The translations under genes were made by a program, and so were the position numbers. The notes beneath the pieces were generated by a model. It made no database searches. It saw only the letters and a program-made list of their open reading frames with translations, and had not been told where the DNA came from. A stretch of 64,000 nucleotides of DNA from an uncultured Alphaproteobacteria bacterium (lineage in GTDB: Bacteria; Pseudomonadota; Alphaproteobacteria; GCA-2731375), in the NCBI GenBank assembly GCA_951812805.1, contig CATOSZ010000002.1, forward strand, positions 333,111 to 397,110, read 5' to 3'. Of the stretch, positions 58,287 to 64,000 are shown in pieces (position 1 is the first letter of the stretch; each line of letters starts with the position of its first letter).

Positions 58287-59762
58287 ATGTTTGGGTTCAA
58301 GGGCGTGTGGCCATTGGCAATTTTGGCGATGTTCGCCTGGGACGTCGCGGCGGCGGAACAGGTTCCGCAGGATCTGGCGTCCCTGGCCGCGCGGCTTTAC
58401 CGGCTGTCGGGCGACGAGCTCGCCAAAGCCGGCGACGATGTCGAGAGCCACGCGGCGGCTCGGCTGGCCGGCGGCGCCATCCGGCGCGCCGGCGTGGGCT
58501 ATTGGGCCCGCGACAACGTGACGGTCGAAGGCGCCGGCGCCCGGGCAGCGAAGCTGTTGGGGCTCGACCTCGGCAAGCCCGGACACCGCGCCGAGCTCGC
58601 CCGATTGCTCAATCTATCGAGTGGCGAGCTGCGAGAGGCTTTGTCGGCGCGCCGACCGGAACTCGACGCGGCGTCGCTCGATGACCTGGCCAACAGCCTC
58701 GCCGCCACCCGCACGCCTGCGGACTTGGAAACCCGTCACACGATCGATCTTGGAGACGGCGAGACGGTGGAAATTTCCTGGGACACGGAGAGCGGAGAGG
58801 TTCTGGTTCGCGCGCGTTCGGATGGGACCGGCGAGACGCCGGCCTACGACGTCTCCCTGCTGGGCGGCGCGGAACTGCAAGTGGAACCCGATAGCGGGGA
58901 TCTACGCACAGCGCTGCGCAGCAACCCGGAAGAGGCGGTCCGCGTGCTTTCGGCCAGTGATCTCGAGCATTTACGCGGTTCCATTCTCGGCGATTGGCGG
59001 GCGGCAAACGGCGATGTCTATACGATTGGCGCCGGCGACGATGCGGCCGGTGACATCACGATCGCCGCGCAAGATTACAGCCAGCTGATCGAGGATGCCC
59101 AAGCGCAGCTCGAGACGCTCGAGCAGGCTATCGAGTATGTCTGGGAAAATTCGCAAACAGGCGGTATTCGCCGCCAGGAACGCTTTCGCCGGCTCGAAGA
59201 CCCATGGATCTACAAGGGCGAGGAGCAGCTCGGCGCGGCGGACATTGCACGTCTGGAGCAGCGAATAGCGGAACTCGAGGCGAAGCAGGCGGGCGCGGGC
59301 CTGCCACCGGTTCTCCGCCATGACCCGGTTGGACATGGCGAAAACCGCCAGGCGAATGGCGCGCGCGCCATTAGAATCGCGGTGCGCCGGTCCGACGGCT
59401 ACGGGTATTCCTATGATGATGCTTCCTTCAACGGCAGGACCGTCACGGCGCGGCGCACATACCGCGATGTCCGCGATATCGACCGGGATTTGCCGGAAAC
59501 GATAAAACAGCAGCTTATCGCCTCGTGGGCGCCGCCAAGCTGGCTGGAGCTGCAAGCGAGCTTCGATCCCACAACGGGGGAGGTACGAATGGTCGGCAAG
59601 AGATGGTTCTTGCACGTCACTTACGGCGGCGGTGGATTCTTCGGCGATGGCGCGGCGAAAGTTAAGAACCTGAATACGCCGTACGCCCGCCCTCTCAATC
59701 TTGGTAAGGACGGCGTGCGGACCCGCGTCGCCATGGGTGCCGCGGCCGATGCCGTTCCCTAG
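58287..59762 (+). CDS. Secreted acidic hypothetical protein (491 aa). Its stop codon lies in the CTAG junction of IS1182-family copy 2
   Basis: MFGFKGVWPLAILAMFAWDVAAA signal peptide. GGGAGA RBS. It ends ...AADAVP-TAG, where the TAG is part of the CTAG at the IS boundary. Confidence 0.5.
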   Translation: MFGFKGVWPLAILAMFAWDVAAAEQVPQDLASLAARLYRLSGDELAKAGDDVESHAAARLAGGAIRRAGVGYWARDNVTVEGAGARAAKLLGLDLGKPGHRAELARLLNLSSGELREALSARRPELDAASLDDLANSLAATRTPADLETRHTIDLGDGETVEISWDTESGEVLVRARSDGTGETPAYDVSLLGGAELQVEPDSGDLRTALRSNPEEAVRVLSASDLEHLRGSILGDWRAANGDVYTIGAGDDAAGDITIAAQDYSQLIEDAQAQLETLEQAIEYVWENSQTGGIRRQERFRRLEDPWIYKGEEQLGAADIARLEQRIAELEAKQAGAGLPPVLRHDPVGHGENRQANGARAIRIAVRRSDGYGYSYDDASFNGRTVTARRTYRDVRDIDRDLPETIKQQLIASWAPPSWLELQASFDPTTGEVRMVGKRWFLHVTYGGGGFFGDGAAKVKNLNTPYARPLNLGKDGVRTRVAMGAAADAVP

Positions 59763-61310
59763 CAGCCTGTCGGACTTGAGCCGAGTTTCGAGATGAGATT
59801 CACTGTCACGGTCTGATTCTCTCCTGCGCGGTGATTTTGTGATGAGCAACTTTCGACAGGTTGACCGGGAGACCAGCTATCTTCTGCCGCCTTCGGTGGA
59901 CGAATGGCTGCCTGATCGTCATCTGGCGCGCTTCGTGGTCGATGTGCTGGAGCAGCTGGATCTCTCTGCGTTCGTGAAGGCCTATCGTGGTTCGGGCTCG
60001 GCGGCGCATCACCCGAGCGTCCTGCTGGGCCTGCTGATCTACGGCTACGCGACGGGGGTGCATTCCAGCCGGAAGCTGGAGCGGGCGAGCTATGATTCGG
60101 TGGCCTTCCGCTTCATCGCGGCAAACGACCACCCCGACCACGACACGATCGCCACGTTCCGCCGTCGCTTCCTGCCGCTGATCGAGGGGCTGTTCGTGCA
60201 GGTTCTGCTGCTGGCGCGGCAGGCCGGCATGCTGCAACTGGGCACGGTGGCGCTGGACGGGACGAAGATCCATGCCGACGCGAGCCGGCACAGCGCCCTG
60301 TCGTGGCAGCGTGCGGGCGAGATCGAAGCCCGGCTGCGGGCCGAGGTGGCGGAGTTGATGGCGTTGGCGGAAGCGGCGGACCGGTCCGAGGTTCCCGACG
60401 GCATGAGCGTGCCGGAGGAGCTGGCACGGCGCGAGGACCGGCTGGCGGCGATCGCCGCGGCGAAGGCGGAGATCGAGGCGCGGGCGGCCGAGCGTCATGC
60501 GCGGGAGCAGGCGGAGTACGAAGAGAAGCTGGCAGCCCGCGAGGCGAAGGAAACGCGGACCGGCCGCAAGCCGGGCGGGCGGCCACCGAAGCCGCCGGAG
60601 CCGGGGCCACGGGCGAAGGACCAGGTCAACCTGACGGACCCGGACTCGCGCATCATGCCGGTGGCCGGCGGCGGCTTCGAGCAGTGCTACAACGCCCAGG
60701 CTGCGGTGGCCGCCGGCAGCCTGCTGGTGGTCAGCGCCGACGTGGTGCAGGCGGCGAACGACAAGCAGCAGATCGAACCGACGCTCGAAGCACTCGCCGG
60801 CCTGCCGGACGGGCTTGGCGAGGTCGAGACCCTGTTGGCGGACAGCGGCTACTTCAGCCAGGCCAACGTCGAGGCCTGCGGGGAAGCGGAGATCGCGCCG
60901 CTGATCGCGCTCGGCCGGGAGCACCACCATCTTTCCTGGCGGGACCGCTTCGCCGAGGCGCCGCCAGCGCCCGAGGATCCGACGCCGCTCGAGGCGATGT
61001 GCCATCGCCTGGCCACACCCGAGGGCCGGGCGCTCTACGCGCTTCGCAAGCAGACGCCGGAGCCGGTGTTCGGCATCATCAAATCGGTGATGGGCTTGCG
61101 TCAGTTCAGCCTGCGCGGCCTCGACAAGGCGAAGGGGGAATGGACCTTGGCCACGCTCTCCTGGAACATCAAGCGGATGTTCGTCCTCAGCCACGCCTGA
61201 ACGGGCGGGCCAACCCGCGTTCGCAACTTCATGGGGGTAAATCCATGACATCGACGCCCGCCAAGCCAATCTTACCAATCCTTGCATGCCCGAGTCCGAC
61301 AGGCTGCTAG
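59759..61310 (+). mobile_element. IS1182-family insertion sequence, copy 2 (~1552 bp), inverted relative to copy 1
   Basis: Same terminal inverted repeats (CTAGCAGCCTGTCGGAC...). Identical transposase and identical antisense ORFs. CTAG at both junctions. Confidence 0.8.
59839..61200 (+). CDS. IS1182-family transposase (identical to 15597..16958)
   Basis: 453 aa, 100% identical in sequence to the copy-1 transposase. Confidence 0.85.
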   Translation: MMSNFRQVDRETSYLLPPSVDEWLPDRHLARFVVDVLEQLDLSAFVKAYRGSGSAAHHPSVLLGLLIYGYATGVHSSRKLERASYDSVAFRFIAANDHPDHDTIATFRRRFLPLIEGLFVQVLLLARQAGMLQLGTVALDGTKIHADASRHSALSWQRAGEIEARLRAEVAELMALAEAADRSEVPDGMSVPEELARREDRLAAIAAAKAEIEARAAERHAREQAEYEEKLAAREAKETRTGRKPGGRPPKPPEPGPRAKDQVNLTDPDSRIMPVAGGGFEQCYNAQAAVAAGSLLVVSADVVQAANDKQQIEPTLEALAGLPDGLGEVETLLADSGYFSQANVEACGEAEIAPLIALGREHHHLSWRDRFAEAPPAPEDPTPLEAMCHRLATPEGRALYALRKQTPEPVFGIIKSVMGLRQFSLRGLDKAKGEWTLATLSWNIKRMFVLSHA

Positions 61311-61446
61311 CCGGTCGTGATGGCATGACGAAGAATGCCGCCTCGACCCTGCGTCCCGAATGCCACAGCGACACTAGGCCAATCTTGCCATTCGTGGTAT
61401 CTCCCCGGCACTTCATCCACGTTGGGCCAGGGACGGAATCGAAGCC

Positions 61447-62571
61447 ATGAGTGTCAGACCCTACCGCGATATCGACCGCCGGGTGAGCCGGCAGATCCAT
61501 GTCGGCAAGGTGCCGGTCGGCGGCGATGCGCCGATTACCGTGCAATCGATGACCAACACGCTGACCCACGACGTGGACGCCACCGTGCGGCAGATCCACG
61601 GGCTGGAGGAGGCCGGCGCCGACATCGTCCGCGTTTCCTGCCCGGACCAGGAATCGTCGCTCGCCCTGAAAGACATCGTCGCCCGGGTCGAGGTGCCGAT
61701 CGTCGCCGACATCCACTTCCACTACAAACGCGCCATCGAGGCGGCGGAGAGTGGGGCGGCTTGTCTGCGGATCAATCCGGGCAACATCGGCTCCGCCGAC
61801 CGGGTCCGCGAGGTGATCAAGGCGGCGCAGGACCACGGCTGTTCCATGCGCATCGGCGTCAATGCCGGCAGCCTGGAACGCCACCTGCTGGAGAAGTACG
61901 GCGAGCCCTGCCCGGAGGCCATGGTCGAAAGCGCGCTCGATCACGCCCGCATCCTGCAGGACAACGACTTCCACGAATTCAAGATCTCGGTGAAGGCCTC
62001 GGATGTCTTCCTCGCCGTTGCCGCCTATCAGCAGCTGGCCGACGCCATCGACTGTCCGCTGCACCTCGGCATCACCGAGGCGGGCGCGCTGCGTGGCGGC
62101 ACGATCAAGAGCTCGATCGGCCTCGGCATGCTGCTGTGGTCGGGGATCGGCGATACCATTCGGGTCTCACTCTCGGCCGAGCCGGTCGAGGAGATCCACG
62201 CCGGTTTCGACATCCTGAAGTCGCTCGGCCTGCGCCGGCGCGGCGTTACCATCATCTCCTGCCCGTCCTGCGCACGGCAGGCCTTCCCGGTCATCAAGGC
62301 CGTGGAAGTGCTGGAAGAACGGCTCGCCCATATCCAGACGGCGATGACCCTTTCGATCATCGGCTGCGTGGTGAACGGCCCGGGCGAGGCGCGCGAAACC
62401 GACGTCGGCCTCACCGGCGGCGGCAAGGGCAACCATCAGATCTATATCTCGGGCGTCACCGATCATCGGATCGACGACGACAACCTGGTCGACCATATCG
62501 TCGGCCTGGTGGAGAAGAAGGCGGCGGAGATCGAAACCGCCAACCAGGCCGCGAGCGTCGCTGCCGAATAG
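61447..62571 (+). CDS. ispG: 4-hydroxy-3-methylbut-2-en-1-yl diphosphate synthase (flavodoxin)
   Basis: ...ITVQSMTNT...VRVSCP... and CPSCAR motifs, 374 aa. Confidence 0.9.
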   Translation: MSVRPYRDIDRRVSRQIHVGKVPVGGDAPITVQSMTNTLTHDVDATVRQIHGLEEAGADIVRVSCPDQESSLALKDIVARVEVPIVADIHFHYKRAIEAAESGAACLRINPGNIGSADRVREVIKAAQDHGCSMRIGVNAGSLERHLLEKYGEPCPEAMVESALDHARILQDNDFHEFKISVKASDVFLAVAAYQQLADAIDCPLHLGITEAGALRGGTIKSSIGLGMLLWSGIGDTIRVSLSAEPVEEIHAGFDILKSLGLRRRGVTIISCPSCARQAFPVIKAVEVLEERLAHIQTAMTLSIIGCVVNGPGEARETDVGLTGGGKGNHQIYISGVTDHRIDDDNLVDHIVGLVEKKAAEIETANQAASVAAE

Positions 62572-62650
62572 GTGGTTCAGTATTGGTCGACCCGGCCGGC
62601 CGGGCACACCGCCGACGGCGGTTTAGAGACACGAGTTCGGAGACAAACCG

Positions 62651-63907
62651 ATGGCGACGTTTCAGCCTGTGCGCGGAACCCATGACCTGGTGGGTGATAC
62701 CGCGCGGCGCCATGCCCATGTGATCGAGACCGCGCGCCGGCTGGCCCATCTCTACGGCATGGAAGACGTGGACACGCCGGTCTTCGAGTTCACGCCCGTC
62801 TTCGCCCGCACCCTCGGCGACGCGTCCGACGTCGTGCGCAAGGAGATGTACACCTTCGCCGACCGCGGCGGGGAGGAGATCACGCTCCGCCCTGAATTCA
62901 CCGCCGGTATCGCGCGCGCCTTCATTTCCGGTGGCATGCGGCAGAACCTGCCCCTGAAGTTCTTCGCGGCCGGCCCGGTGTTCCGTTACGAACGGCCGCA
63001 AAAGGGCCGCCAGCGTCAATTCCACCAGATCGATGCGGAAATCCTCGGCGTCGAGGGGCCGCAGGCCGACATCGAGGTGATCGCGCTCGGCCACGACATT
63101 CTGGCCGCGCTCGGCGTCGGGGCCAACTGCCGGCTGGAACTGAACAGCCTCGGCGACGCGGAAAGCCACGCCGCCTACCGCGAGGCGCTCATCGCCTATT
63201 TCTCCGGCCACAAGGACAAACTTTCGGCGGACAGCGTCGAGCGGCTGGAGCGCAATCCCCTGCGTATCCTCGATTCCAAGGACGAGGGCGACCGCGCCCT
63301 GCTGCCCGACGCGCCGCGCATCGAGGACTCGCTGAACGACCATTCGCGCGACTTCTTCCAGGCGGTCAAGGACGGGCTCGACGCGCTCGGTATCGCCTAC
63401 CAGCTCAATCCACGGCTGGTGCGCGGCCTCGACTATTACACCCACACCGCCTTCGAGTTCATCACCGAGGACCTGGGCGCCCAGGGTACCGTGCTCGGCG
63501 GCGGGCGTTACGACGGGCTGATCGAACTTCTGGGCGGGCCGGCGACGCCCGGCGTCGGCTGGGCCGCGGGCATCGAACGGCTGGCGATGCTGCTGGCCGC
63601 CGTGCCGGAACGGCCCCGGCCGGTGGCCCTTGTCCCCCTCGGCCCGGCGGCGGACGCGGAGGCCTTGCGTCTCGCCCACCAACTGAGGGCCGCCGGCGTC
63701 ACGGTCGAACACGGCTATCGCGGCAACCTCGGGCGGCGCCTGAAGCGGGCCGACAAGCTGGGCGCGCGCGCCGCAGTCATCCTCGGCGAGGACGAGCTGG
63801 CACGCGGCGTCGCGACGCTCCGCGATCTCGACGGCGGCGAACAGCGCGAGGTGCCGCTCGGCGATTTGGTCGCGACCCTGGCGCCCCCTGACGGAGCGGT
63901 CGGGTGA
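62651..63907 (+). CDS. hisS: Histidine--tRNA ligase
   Basis: [26 protein letters not shown]...[16 protein letters not shown]... are class-II aaRS motifs. C-terminal anticodon-binding domain. Confidence 0.9.
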   Translation: MATFQPVRGTHDLVGDTARRHAHVIETARRLAHLYGMEDVDTPVFEFTPVFARTLGDASDVVRKEMYTFADRGGEEITLRPEFTAGIARAFISGGMRQNLPLKFFAAGPVFRYERPQKGRQRQFHQIDAEILGVEGPQADIEVIALGHDILAALGVGANCRLELNSLGDAESHAAYREALIAYFSGHKDKLSADSVERLERNPLRILDSKDEGDRALLPDAPRIEDSLNDHSRDFFQAVKDGLDALGIAYQLNPRLVRGLDYYTHTAFEFITEDLGAQGTVLGGGRYDGLIELLGGPATPGVGWAAGIERLAMLLAAVPERPRPVALVPLGPAADAEALRLAHQLRAAGVTVEHGYRGNLGRRLKRADKLGARAAVILGEDELARGVATLRDLDGGEQREVPLGDLVATLAPPDGAVG

Positions 63908-64000
63908 TACGCGACGAGCAGATCGAACGCATCCTGGAGCGCCTGGAAGAGCTCGAACGCATGATGAGCGAAGGCGCCGGCGGCGAAGACTACGTTCGCC
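63904..64000 (+). CDS. 5' end of an unidentified gene translationally coupled to hisS (GTG start overlapping the hisS stop)
   Basis: The ORF begins [24 protein letters not shown]... and runs off the window. Confidence 0.25.
   Translation, partial: MIRDEQIERILERLEELERMMSEGAGGEDYVR

Noticed and set aside
17038-59758. Composite transposon bounded by the two IS1182-family copies
   Set aside because: The 42.7-kb interior is full of core housekeeping genes (trkH, apaG, yqgE, peroxiredoxin, sleB, tRNA-Gly) at background GC. Two independent insertions at CTAG sites is the simpler reading, although IS-mediated inversion remains possible.
1-64000. CRISPR arrays, rRNA genes and prophage structural genes
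   Set aside because: No regularly spaced direct repeats, no rRNA-like conserved stretches, and no capsid, terminase or integrase ORFs were seen in any frame.

Overview
This window is high-GC (roughly 65-70% by eye) and alphaproteobacterial in style, and it is mostly a catabolic and housekeeping landscape. It holds two paralogous hydantoinase/oxoprolinase A/B pairs. The first pair is in B-then-A order (254-4119) and sits after a hydratase fragment. The second pair is in A-then-B order (9952-13628) and follows a 2-oxoglutarate/Fe(II)-type PhyH dioxygenase and an HpcH aldolase. A tightly overlapping oxidoreductase cluster at 22559-30443 contains a molybdopterin enzyme, a GMC oxidase, PhyH, a racemase, an FAD monooxygenase, a SAM methyltransferase and a 90-aa GTG-start protein. 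The housekeeping genes I recognise are yggS, apaG, trkH, ispG, hisS, a Prx5 peroxiredoxin, yqgE and a sleB hydrolase. Against that background, several horizontally acquired or unusual elements stand out:
(a) Two identical ~1.55-kb IS1182-family insertion sequences sit in inverted orientation at 15487-17037 and 59759-61310. Both have 17-bp perfect terminal inverted repeats and CTAG at every boundary.
(b) Copy 1 has split a ~560-aa lipoprotein gene that heads a three-gene, lower-GC (~55%) islet at 13640-18050.
(c) An ISAs1-family element at ~57024-58254 separates a 491-aa secreted protein gene from a lower-GC two-gene operon. That operon encodes a secreted vWA (MIDAS) protein and a 1040-aa secreted coiled-coil protein whose C-terminal Cys/His module ends in ...LRWGG. 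This is the best candidate for an undescribed system.
(d) Two tandem defective tRNA-like elements, one Phe-like and one with a CGA anticodon loop, are joined CCA|TGGA upstream of an SPFH gene. An orphan terminator lies just before them.
(e) A solo NMT1-type binding lipoprotein abuts an orphan sensor kinase.
A bona fide tRNA-Gly(CCC), an ArsS-like radical-SAM gene and an HxlR-MFS divergent pair with a repeat-containing uORF are also present. No CRISPR array or rRNA was seen. Manually derived coordinates (IS ends, tRNA ends, terminators) may be off by a few bases.
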